Of a stretch of DNA of 64,000 nt, positions 53,401 through 64,000 are shown in pieces. This DNA is from Lama guanicoe (taxonomy: Eukaryota). Each line of letters starts with the position of its first letter. The stretch's first letter is position 1. The notes below the pieces were generated by a model that worked only from the letters and a program-made list of their open reading frames with translations, had not been told where the DNA came from and searched no databases. The DNA is taken from contig MU054187.1 in NCBI GenBank assembly GCA_013239625.1, positions 8,404,358 to 8,468,357 on the forward strand, in the 5' to 3' direction. A program made the translations under genes and the position numbers.

Positions 53401-54279
53401 AGTGATTTTTTAAAACCACACAGGTATGGTTATTTACACAACAGAACACAAAGCTGAATGAATAGAAGGCCGATGTCAAAGATGGTTGTGGCCAATTGTT
53501 GACACAAAAACTGACTTACCGCTTTGAGCTTGAAAACTTCACCTTGAACTTATTATGAGCTTATTTTCAGTAAAAGAAACAACACAATGAAAAAGTCAAG
53601 AGACTGGCAAAAATCTCTGTTATGTGAAAGTATCAGCCATCCTATAAAAGAGTAATATACCTGGCATTAGCCGAAGCAAATAATAAGATTCTCAAAGCTT
53701 TAATTTTATATGCATGACCATTAAGTGAAATGAACCACAATCATGGTTACTTAGATACACAGAATATTTACAGAAAATGTTAATGCTCAAAGCAATACAA
53801 AAACATCCACACGACGGCTGTACACACATGCTGTCAAAAGGAAATTAAGCTCTTTAACATTGGTTGTATGTCATTACATAATTTTAACTCACCTCTTTGT
53901 CTGAGGCCAGAATGTATGTCACATGCATATTTTAAAAGACATATTAGTTAAATAAATAATCTCTTGTGACAAAAACATTTCTTTAAATTATGTAATTATA
54001 AAACTACATGTGAATGAATTTTAAGTCTTACCATGATTTAATAAGCAGCATAATGGTCTCTGTGTAATGGGAATGTTATATATTTTTTCAGCAAAATTTT
54101 TCGGCAGAGTTTGGTAAAAGGCTCTGAATTACATTTTGAATTTAATCTACTTGTAAACTACTTCCAAATAGGTATTTTCCTTTATGCAAAAATTTACTGG
54201 CAATTGAATGTATAAAGATTTTTTTGTTTAAACAAAAATTATTAAAAACGGAAAATTAAAACCTAAACTATTACAAAGT

Positions 54280-54297
54280 CACACACACACACACACA
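54280..54297. repeat. (CA)n microsatellite
   Basis: Seen directly. Confidence 0.9.
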
Positions 54298-56749
54298 TCA
54301 TCACAAATGACAAACTATAGATAAATACTTGATTCTTAGTTCTTTTTCTGTAATGTCAATCTCAACTTCCTCGCACATTTGCTTTGTGGTTGTGTTTGTT
54401 TTTAATGGGGAATGGATTCAAACTTCAGCATTAATTTTAACTGGCAAACAATGAAACAAAACCTACTGTCATTGAAATTGGAGACAACTCTGTCATTCAC
54501 CAAGTTACACAACAGACTCAAGTGTAAGATAAACATCTGCTCTGGCTGCTGGAAAGCTCCAAGCGATTCCGTGGCGGCTTTGCTCCGCCAGTAGCACATA
54601 GACGTAGTGTTTCTCCACTCCTTTGTAAAGATGCCTTAGTTTCTATAGGTTTTTATTTTATATGGTTGTGGTCTTACCACATCTATCCTATCATCAATAT
54701 GAAAGAAACATATTAAAATAAGCAACAAGCTCTCAGGGAGAAACGGGTCTGTCTCACTTTAAGCAAAACCAGCAAATAAATGTAGATTCAGGATGATGAG
54801 AAGATTCACATTTGTAACACACAACACTAACAACAGCAATTTTTCAGTAGTGAGCTCTCTGGTTGAAATTTGCCATTTTAAAAATACGTATGTTCACGAC
54901 TGTCCTCGAGTATACCTAATACATAAAATAATACTTAATGTTCGTATTGTACTGTCTCCTGTAAATGTTTTCATTTATTTTATTGTTCAAAGAAGTCCAC
55001 AGCATCTGGACTGCTCTGCTAAGAATGTTAATTCATAAAAATATCATTGCTAATTAGAAGGCGTTCATACGTACAAAGTTAATTTATGAAACTTGCATTA
55101 AATAGAAATCATTTAGAATTTTTTAAAAAATAACATAATGGGGGTATACAATGCTTTCTTGTTATCAGAAGGGTGAGTCATGAAAGTTCAGAAACGATGA
55201 TTAGTTTCTTGTTGAACGAGGTTGGTCAAAGCTACCATGCAGCTTTAGAAGATGACTCTAAGTTCTGTTTTCTGGATGTGAAGTTCTTTTTGCATCTCAA
55301 GCAGCATAGCTGATGTATAAATACAATGGAAAACTGCATGTCGGAAGCTATGGCCTCTCCAGGCTACCCTTGCAAACAAGAGCAGCCAAAACCTGTCCAG
55401 AATGTGCAAACCTTAGGTGGTTCATCTGAGAAGTTCCCCTAAAACACATCCAGTGCTGAAAAAACATTAACCACAAAAATCACTGCAAATGCAAAAGAAT
55501 TGTGTTTTCATTCAAAAAAATCACGTAAACACAGAATAATTTTTAACAAGCTATTTAGATAATAACTAGCCTTTAAAACTGGATGTAAGCACATTATCTA
55601 CTAGAGAAATCTAATGTAATTAAAATGCTTTTACTTTTGCACTGAAAATCTCAAATGTTAATTAAACATGAGTTGAGACAGTTGCCTTCCCCTTACATGC
55701 ACACATGCTAATATTTGTCTGGGATGTTTGCAGTTCTCGTTTTTATGATGTCATCTTCTAATGCTCTCCTAGGAAAACAGGGATACCGTAGTAGCAAGTT
55801 TAAGAACAGCAAAAAGATGATTTGAAGGATGTATAGAGCATTTCTTGGGGGGAGGAGGACTTTAAAAAATTTTTTGTCTTCTTTTTCTTTTTTTGCCTTA
55901 ATCCTCTCATTTGGTTTAGAAACATAAGGCCCTGTTCACTTCATTTAAGCCTCACAATGCCTGGAAGGCTGATCAATCTGTCTTGTGTCGTCTTAGGGTG
56001 GAACTGCAATTGAGCGGAAGCAACAGATGAACAAAGGCCACATTCAAATCTGTAGCTCATTAAAATAACGTTAAAATAGAGTAAAACCCCAATTGTAAGT
56101 GAATTGTAGCTGAGTTTTTTTTCCTGCTAAATACATTTGATTAATAAACTATACAATCATTAGCCCCGAATCAGTGGTCTTTAAAGCAAATTTAAATAAA
56201 TGTCTTGTTCTTTTTAAAAATGTGAACATTTCGAAAAATACATTGGAAACAGGCTTTCAGCAAGGCACTAAATGAGATAAGATTGCAGCATGTTCCAAAG
56301 GCACATCCCATCAAGACATGATTCTTATGGATTCTACACATATGCGGAGGAACACTGACACAAAGGTTACAGCTTTCAAATCCTATGATACACCATACAT
56401 CATAGGAGAAGTTTCTACAAATAAATGCCCAAATTTGTCTTCTATGCTACGATTTGCTATCCAAATGCCCAGTAAGTAATTTTGTAGACTTTTTGTGAGT
56501 TTACGTAACCTGGAAATTTGGTAGGGGTATACACAAGTAAACCACTGTCTCTGGAAATTTGTTTTCCGTTTCATCCTATGGATCCTGGCCTCTGCCTAAT
56601 CCAGGGCTGAGATGTTTATAACACAACAGACAAGGGATCATCAGGGTTTGCAAAAGCCAAATTTTAGTTGGAAACACATGTAGCCATTCTTATGTATGTC
56701 TGACTTTTTTTTTTTAATAAAAGCTATAATCCTCTTATAAACTGTCCTA

Positions 56750-57300
56750 GAAAGTGCTCAGGCAATCGGGAGATATCTATTAAAATAAGAAAATAATGCA
56801 TATACTATTCAACCCCCCCAAAACCTCACCTCTTGGAAATCTATCCCACAGAAATAAAAGCACCAATATGAAATCATATGTAATCAAAGGCATTCAGTGC
56901 ACAACTGTCTCTTCAGAGAAAAAAAGAAAAAAGTTCTGAAACACAGTAGAAAAACTACAAACCATCCATCACATGGTATATTACGTACCTTTAAGAGAAT
57001 GTGTTAGAGTTATACCAGTTGACCAGGAAATTTTTCCATGATACATTCTTGAATGAAAAGTAAGGGGCAGAGAACACATTTTAAAAATAATTGACAACAG
57101 CAAACTGCCTATTTATGCATGCAAGGTTTGAAAGGCTATGTCATAGGCTGTTCCTATGAGTACGGAAGGAAGGGGGAGGCAAGTAGGAGATAGTAGGTTG
57201 GCTGATAACCAAAAGAATTATTTTTTTTAAATCCCCAGTGAAAACAGTGTATTATTCCAATAATATCAGATTTTTAAAATAAGCGTGTAATAACTATACA
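56750..57300 (+). mobile_element. Ancient L1 (L1ME-like) 3' fragment
   Basis: CACCTCTTGGAAATCTATCCCACAGAAATAAAAGCAC...GGCATTCAGTGCACAACTG...CCATGATACATTCTTGAATGAAAAG. Confidence 0.65.
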
Positions 57301-58539
57301 ATCAGATTAAAGCCATTCTCATAAATAAAGAAGAAGAGATGTCTGAGACGCAAGAATAGCTGGAAGCTTTTCATGTCATGGAGAGCTTTGCTAGTCAATT
57401 CCGAGCTTCTCCATATGCTTGCGCTATAATTTGGGGGAAATCACTGAATTTCCCTAAGCCACCATTTTCTCCTTCTATGCAAAGTGAGGTAATAATTAAC
57501 TGGGCATTAAATGAAATCATGTATTTAAAGCACCTCGAAGGGGGAATGACCTCAGCGGGCCCTCCAGACACTGTGGTTCTGCAATCCCTCACCACACTCT
57601 GGGCCAAGGTTTAGGGAGGCAGCCTCCTTGCTGAGAGGGCTGTCTGGGCTCAGGCCAAAGTAGCTACCAAAACTGCAGGGTTCGAGCCCACCAGATCAGC
57701 GAAAGGAAAGCAGGGAGGGAGGGAGAGATGTCCGGAAGTAGATTGGGGATGTAAGAGTGACTAACTTCTAGGTATCCTTGGTGATGACAATAAAAAACGC
57801 GACTATGAATCCCTTAGCTCCGGACAGTGACAGAGAAGAAAGTCTCTCTGTGGTGAAATTTGCTGATAACCTGGCACCCCCTCCTTCAAGTGTCTCGACG
57901 TCACTCACCGGCCCACCAAAGGCAGGATCTGGTCCAGCAGTGGAAACTCCCAAGCTCCACCCACCACCACGTGCTGCCCTGGTGGGAGCTGGTCAGAGAT
58001 TTCCGAGTAATCGCAAAGGAAACAGACGGCCAGTTTCATGGATATCTGGTCACCCTGTGAGGATCTGACTGACATTTTTTAATTAAACTGGCCCACTGGA
58101 GTTTAATTAAGGTGTTGTCTTCTTGAGATGAAATTGAAGGAAAAACAGATTCCTTTTACGGAACAAACGTAGGATAAGAAACCTTCCTTCAGCCCCTCTG
58201 ATCTTTAAAGGAAAACAACAACAACAACAAAAAAACCCCACTGTTTTTCTCATTCCCTAATCGTTTCGTATTTTAATTAGCAAACTTGTTTCAGAAGTAA
58301 TTTAAATTGAACCACAGGCCATCCCCACAAAGCTTCATGTACCTGAAAAACTATGGAGACTGAATACGTAACTTAGGGAATCAGAAAATCCTTCGTTTTA
58401 ATGCAATTTCATAAAAACCAGCTTAGAAACTATGTATTCACTGACCCTGTAATGACACAAGTTCCATAAAACACTTTGAATCCCGTGGGGAAACTCAAAA
58501 TATTAAAAAAAAAAAAAGTACACAATCAAAACAACTTGA

Positions 58540-58750
58540 TTTTGGAAAGAGCACTGGCCTTGGAGCCAGGAGAGCTGACTTTGGCTTGAGCACTAGTGAT
58601 TCCTGGCTCTGTGACCTCAAGTAAGTTACCTAACCTCTCTGAACATCAGCTGCCTGATTTGTAAGGAGGGTGGTGGTGAAGAAGAAATGGGCTGAGAATG
58701 TGAAAGTCTATGTGAACTGTGGTGCTGTACAAATGCAGGGAGTTATCATT
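58540..58750 (+). mobile_element. MIR SINE
   Basis: GGAAAGAGCACTGGCCTTGGAGCCAGGAG...CTGTGACCTCAAGTAAGTTACCTAACCTCTCTGA. Confidence 0.85.
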
Positions 58751-58809
58751 GTTGTTTGGGAAATAGAGATAAAAGGTATTTAAAAACAATTTGGGGGGGA
58801 AAGGCACTA

Positions 58810-59297
58810 CAGATCTTCCTTGATTTATAATAGGATTACATCCTGATAAACCCATCATAAACTAAAAATATAGTAAGTCAAAAATGCATTTATATATACA
58901 GCTAACCTACCAGACATCATAACTTAGCCTCACCCCACCTTGAACGGGCACAGAACACTAACATTAGCCTACAGTTGGGCAAAATCTTCTAACGTCAAAC
59001 TGATTTTATAACATAGTGTTGAATATCTCATGCAATTTCTTGAACACTGTACTAAAGGTGAACAGCAGAATGCTTCTAAGTGTATCTGTTGTCGACCCTT
59101 GTGACTGCAGCAGACTGGGAGCTGCGGCTCCCTGCCGTTGTCCAGCAGCAGGAGAGAGGCTGTTACCACATCTCGCTAGCCCGGGAAAAGATCAAAATTC
59201 AAAACTCAAGTACACTTTCCACTGACTGTGTATCACTTTTGCACCATTGTAAAGTCAAATAATCGTAAGTGGAACCATTAGAAATCAGGGCTGTCTG
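58810..59297. mobile_element. Tigger4 (Zombi)/MER46-type non-autonomous DNA transposon
   Basis: TA|CAGAT...TTACATCCTGATAAACCCATCATAA...GTAAGTCAAAAATGCATTT at one end and CGTAAGTGGAACCATT...GTCTG|TA at the other. TA target duplication on both sides. Confidence 0.88.
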
Positions 59298-59763
59298 TAT
59301 ACAGGAACAGATGAAAACACCTGGGGCTTCAGACAGACATAGGGAGCTGTATTTTCATAAGATAAATGGAAAACAAGTATATGGCCCACTGATGTTTGAT
59401 TCAATGTGGGGTATCCCATTCATTTGCTCATTCAAAAATCATTTCTGGCACACCACTGCCTCTAGCAGAGTTCCTGCTCTCTCTGAAATGGGGGAAATAA
59501 TACCCTCGTTCACTGCCCTGAGGGTCAGAGGGTTAATAAACTTACGGTGACCAGTACGGCTCCTCATCTACAGTAGGAGCTCAGTAAATAGTAGATTTCA
59601 TTTGGTTTTTGTTATATGATTAAGAACAAAGCAACAAACAAGGATTTTTGGTATGCCTGATTTGATTTTTTTCTTTAACTTGAGAAATTATACAGGCTTG
59701 AAATATCTTCACTGAATTTTTATGCATGTTAAAAATACCACTCTGAAGTACCTTGGGGTCATC

Positions 59764-60219
59764 TGTATAACAGACACTGTTGAACACACACCCCCGCCTC
59801 TGCCCCCATCCTATTCCTTTTTACCATTTCTGCATCCACTCTACCTCTTGAATTTATAATCTGGTGTTTTCCATGGCCAGGCCTGCCACTTTTCAGAGGA
59901 CAACTCTCAGGCTGCCAGGATCGCTTTGCCCCAGGTGTAGGGTGGGAAGGACCTGCTGGTCTACAGCCTTCTTACATGCCCAGTGACTGTCTAGCTGCGA
60001 TTATGGGGGGAGGGAGTACAAACCTTCAACATGTATAATTCATATTCTGGGGACCTTCCACAGGACTAGGCTGCAGCCCACCCTCTGGGAGATTCTGCCT
60101 GAGAGCTTCCCGTTCCTCAGTTTCCTCCCCTCCCTGTCTTGTTTTCTCTGTTCTCTTAAGGTTTCCCCTGGGGGTTCCTGCACAGGAATTCTGCTTCTTA
60201 AGGACCCTGATCTAGGACA
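59764..60219 (+). mobile_element. ERVL solo LTR (LTR16 family)
   Basis: Starts TGTATAACAGACACTGT, contains CCTCCCCTCCCTGTCTTGTTTTCTC, ends TCTGCTTCTTAAGGACCCTGATCTAGGACA. Confidence 0.7.
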
Positions 60220-62053
60220 AAATGTGTTACTAAGCCTCTTGTACTTAATTTCACTTAATTTTGGAGCCTAAATTCTCAAACCTCTTCTTTTATACAATAG
60301 GTCGTAAGTCACCATTTCTTTTTGCTCACTAGTCTTCCTAATGACATAATTCTGAGCATTCACTGCTTTCCTTAAATGATTTGTTCTTCTGAAATTATTT
60401 TGTGTTCACACGAGACCTTTTAATGAACACATAACCAATGACCAATTTTCATGCTAATTCTCATGAATCAGGTCTTCACATAATATATATACGGATCATA
60501 AGAGTAAATGACACAAAGGACCTGAATTCTTGAAAAGAGGAATTATCATGAAGATTCTAACATCAAAGTGACCGCTTCTGCCCCACTACTTCATTCTTCT
60601 AAACTGAAAAGGACTATAGAGAACAGTTGACCAAGTAAAAATCTTTAGGCAAAGATTATGCTAATATACTTGCCAACAGAGTCAGGGAAAGTCAGTCCAG
60701 AAAGACCAATGAGAACAATCTAAAGTGTTTTTAGACTGAAAGGTGTAAAAGCAATAATCAAGGTTTACAGCCAGGGCAAAGTGCTCTGCCAACTATAAGA
60801 CAGAATTCCAAAAGTATCTTCCATTTCAAAACACAGAAAATTAAGCAAAAAAGTAATACTTTTATCACACTTGGATTGCAATCTTTGAAGAAGCATGGTT
60901 AATTTGAAATGTATCTGAATATTTAACCAAACTACTAGCAAGAACATTTAAATTATCTTCTTTCATTATCATCATTATCTCTTCATCCTCTCATTCAGCA
61001 CCACAATGGAGAAGTTATGCTTGCCACTCATGTGGACAATAGGGTCATAAGTCTTGGGTTTAGCATGCAGTACCTGCTGTGGTACATATTCTTCTGTTAA
61101 TGAGCATGCATAACTCTTCATCCCCAAGGAACTGTCTCTGCACATAAAAGGATACATAATTTTTATAATGCCAGAAAGAAGTAAATACAGCTCATTGAGT
61201 TTTCTATGGGAGGATTTGGAGAGTGTAATTATCATTCATTGCCAGTATCTCCAGGCAGGAGATTGATTCCTTTTCTAAACTAGGGCCTTGTTTAAGTTTT
61301 TATATCATAAACCAAGTTACCAAGTATGGTGGTACTAAGAATAACATAAACGCACATTTTAGATCCTCTTGGTGCTTTTGGTGGCCAGCACCCGCAGCTC
61401 TTCCCTGGAGGTCAAGTCTTAGGCAAGTGGAACCCCTTGTTCCATGCAGTGAGCAGGAAATGCCTAGATCTGAGAAAGAGCCTTCCAAACCCTTGTCTCA
61501 TCTGGGAAAAAGTCTAAGATATAATTCACATCAGCAATACTGATGTGTAAAATATTTTTCTTCTGAACGTATTCAAATTCTAAGTTATTTGTTGAGTGGG
61601 AGAAATGTATTGTATTTTCTCATAATAGATGTGACATGCCCTGCAAAGAAACTGACACATACCAAATGTTCAGTAAATGTCAGATGCTATTATTATAATT
61701 ATTACTGCCATTAAGAAAAACTCCAGGGAATTATCACATGCTTCTAACAAAATTTAGCGAAACAACTGAAATTCAATTTTGAGATGTTTAGGGAATTTCT
61801 GCTGTTTCCTAACTGCTTCAAAATGCAATGACAGAAAAGGTCTGTTGAAAGAAAAAAGTTCACAACAGGAATTCTAGCTCAACAATCAGACAGAGGAAAG
61901 AAAGCTCCACAATGAAATCAAAGAGAAGCTGAATGATAACAGCCAATTTAAAGACATGGGCTCAGGTGGCTTTACGTTTGGTACATCAAAGCAAAGGGAA
62001 AACATTAACCCAGGACTTACTATGCTACGTACTTCATTACTTGACCAAAATAC

Positions 62054-62055
<2 letters not shown>

Positions 62056-62088
<33 letters not shown>
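62056..62088. repeat. (AC)n microsatellite
   Basis: Seen directly. Confidence 0.97.
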
Positions 62089-62091
<3 letters not shown>

Positions 62092-62186
62092 GCGGTCCTC
62101 ACTTTGCACAACAGTTCAGAACCATAAAGATAACTATCTAAGCCAAAATTGTACAAAATGACCTGAACAATCAATAGAAAAAACAT
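62087..62186. mobile_element. Tigger6-like terminal fragment
   Basis: GGCGGTCCTCACTTTGCACAACAGTTCAGAACCATAAAG...AAATTGTACAAAATGACCTGAACAATCAAT aligns by eye to positions 5-95 of this window. Confidence 0.7.
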
Positions 62187-62189
62187 TCT

Positions 62190-63690
62190 GAACAGACAAA
62201 GCAAGCATCAGAACCAGACCCCAATATGACACTGACTGTGGAATTAACTACAATACAGGGAATTCAAAATGACTGTGATGACTATATCAATGGCTCTAAT
62301 GGAAAAAAAAAACATACAACACTTAAGAATAGAAGCATAATATAGACAGAGAGATGAAAACTCTAGGGAAAAATCCAAAGGAAATACTAGAAATTAAAAA
62401 AAAGAAAGCGTAACAAAAACAAAGAATGCTTTTGATGGGTTCATCCCTAGACTGGGCACAGCCAAGGAAAGAATCAGTCAGCTTAAAGATAGTCCAACAG
62501 AACTTACCAAACCAAAATGTAAAAAGAAAAGAATGAAAAAAAAAAACCAGAATAGAGCATCCAAGAAATGTGGGACAATTTCAAAATATGTAACAAAAGC
62601 ATAAGTGGAATAACAGAGGAAAAGAGAACGAAACAGAAAAATATTTGACATAAAAATAAGAATTTTCTAAATTAATGACAGACACAAAACCACATATGCA
62701 GGGAGCTCAAAAAGCATCAAGCAATTATCCTGAAAAATCCACACCTAGGCATATCATATTCAAACTACAGAACACCAAAGGCAAATTCTTGGAAGAAATC
62801 AGAGGAGAAACAATGCTTATCCAAAGAGGGACAAGGATGAGAATCACAGCAGACTTCTCCGCATGTGAGAAAGGAGAGACTGCACTGAAATATTCAGTGC
62901 TGGAAAAAAACCTTAGAATTCTATATGACTCAAATTATCCCTCAAAAGTAAAGTAGATACAATGATTTTATCATATAAACAAAAACTGAGGGAATTTGTC
63001 ACCAGCCAACCTGCCCTGCAAAGTGTTACAAGAATTTCCTTAGGGAGGAACAAGATATAAGTGAAAAACTTGGACCTACATGAAGAAAGGAAGAGAGCTC
63101 AATGGTGAAGGACTGGAAACGTTCCCCTTAAGACAGAGAGCGAGAGAAAGACGTGCCCCTCACCACTTCCATACAACATCATGGTGGAAATCCTGGCTAC
63201 TGTGATAAGACCATGAAAGAAAACAAAAAGTATACATGTTGGGACAGTCAGAGAGGAAGGAAGAAATAAAATTCTTTATCTTCAGATGGTAAGATTTTCT
63301 ATGCACAAATCTCAGAGAATCAAACAAAAGAACCTCGGAATAAATAATCACTTACAGCAAGGTTACATGATACAAGATTAATACACAAAAGTCAATTGCT
63401 TTCCTATGTACCAGCAATGAAAACTGGAGTTTAAAATGAAAGCACAATACTATTTACAACAGCACCAAAATTTTGAAATATTTAGATATAAATCTAACCA
63501 AATAGGTACAGGATCTCTGCAGAAAACTACAAAACTTTGACAAAAGAAATTAATATTTAAATACAGTCTATGTTAAAGGAGTGGAAGACTGAGTAGTTAC
63601 ATCAGTTCTTTTCAACTTGACCTATAGATTCAACAGTCCCAATTAAAATTTCAGCAATCTATTTTGTAGATATTAACGAAAGGACAAATT
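62190..63690 (+). mobile_element. Degenerate L1: ORF1 (~62190-63095) joined directly to an ORF2 reverse transcriptase segment (~63100-63690)
   Basis: ORF 62675..62956 'STPRHIIFKLQNTK...RMRITADFS' is L1 ORF1p. From 63101, AATGGTGAAGGACTGGAAACGTTCCCCTTAAGA encodes NGEGLETFPLR (RT consensus NGEKLKAFPLR). Frameshifts and stops throughout. Confidence 0.92.
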
Positions 63691-64000
63691 AATATAAACT
63701 TTCTAAATATCTAATACTGATTTACTAAGTCCTATGTAAGGTCTATGATGATGAAAACTAGAAAATTATGTGTTCAGCTAAACTGAATTGTAATCCTGAC
63801 AAATATCTTATAACAACAGAAATTATGTTCTCTACTCTGTCAACTTAAATTTAACTTCCAAAATTTTTAGTTCACATTAAGACCCTGGACAACTATTATG
63901 CTGAGTTAATTAACAGTAATCTTTGAATATTCAGACATTTCTAAGTACAACAGAATACTGAGCCATTAGTTTCAAGCATGGTGTTAAACCATGTACTTTT

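Noticed and set aside
53520..53559. Strong minus-strand donor GCG|GTAAGT with a possible 40-nt exon
   Set aside because: The acceptor is poor, and its only open frame is phase-incompatible with the 37.2-kb candidate.
1..64000. Host-gene strand inferred from L1 orientation bias; CRISPR arrays, tRNA, rRNA, known miRNA or operon-like novel system
   Set aside because: Too few L1 copies (about four plus, two to three minus) to infer strand. No repeat-spacer array, structural RNA gene or gene cluster is visible in this non-coding mammalian DNA.

Overview
Eutherian mammal genomic DNA, AT-rich, with no protein-coding gene I can recognise; it reads as a large intron or a gene desert. The lineage is most likely camelid: there is a Cetartiodactyla/alpaca-type L1 3' end at ~44.9 kb, and I saw no Alu, B1/B2, Bov-A/BovB, PRE1 or Can-SINE copies. 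A substantial part of the window is old interspersed repeats: Tigger6, MER8 and Tigger4 DNA transposons; MLT1, MLT2, LTR16 and ERV1 solo LTRs; L1, L2 and MIR fragments; and microsatellites. All ORFs in the track are short, and the recognisable ones are decayed transposase or L1 sequence. The non-repeat DNA holds a near-consensus CTCF site (32.64 kb), several motif-dense enhancer-like blocks in two repeat-poor stretches (~32-45 kb and ~50.5-56.7 kb), and a few unverified minus-strand splice and polyadenylation signals. I found no evidence of a novel multi-gene system. Repeat family names come from remembered consensus sequences, not a database search.
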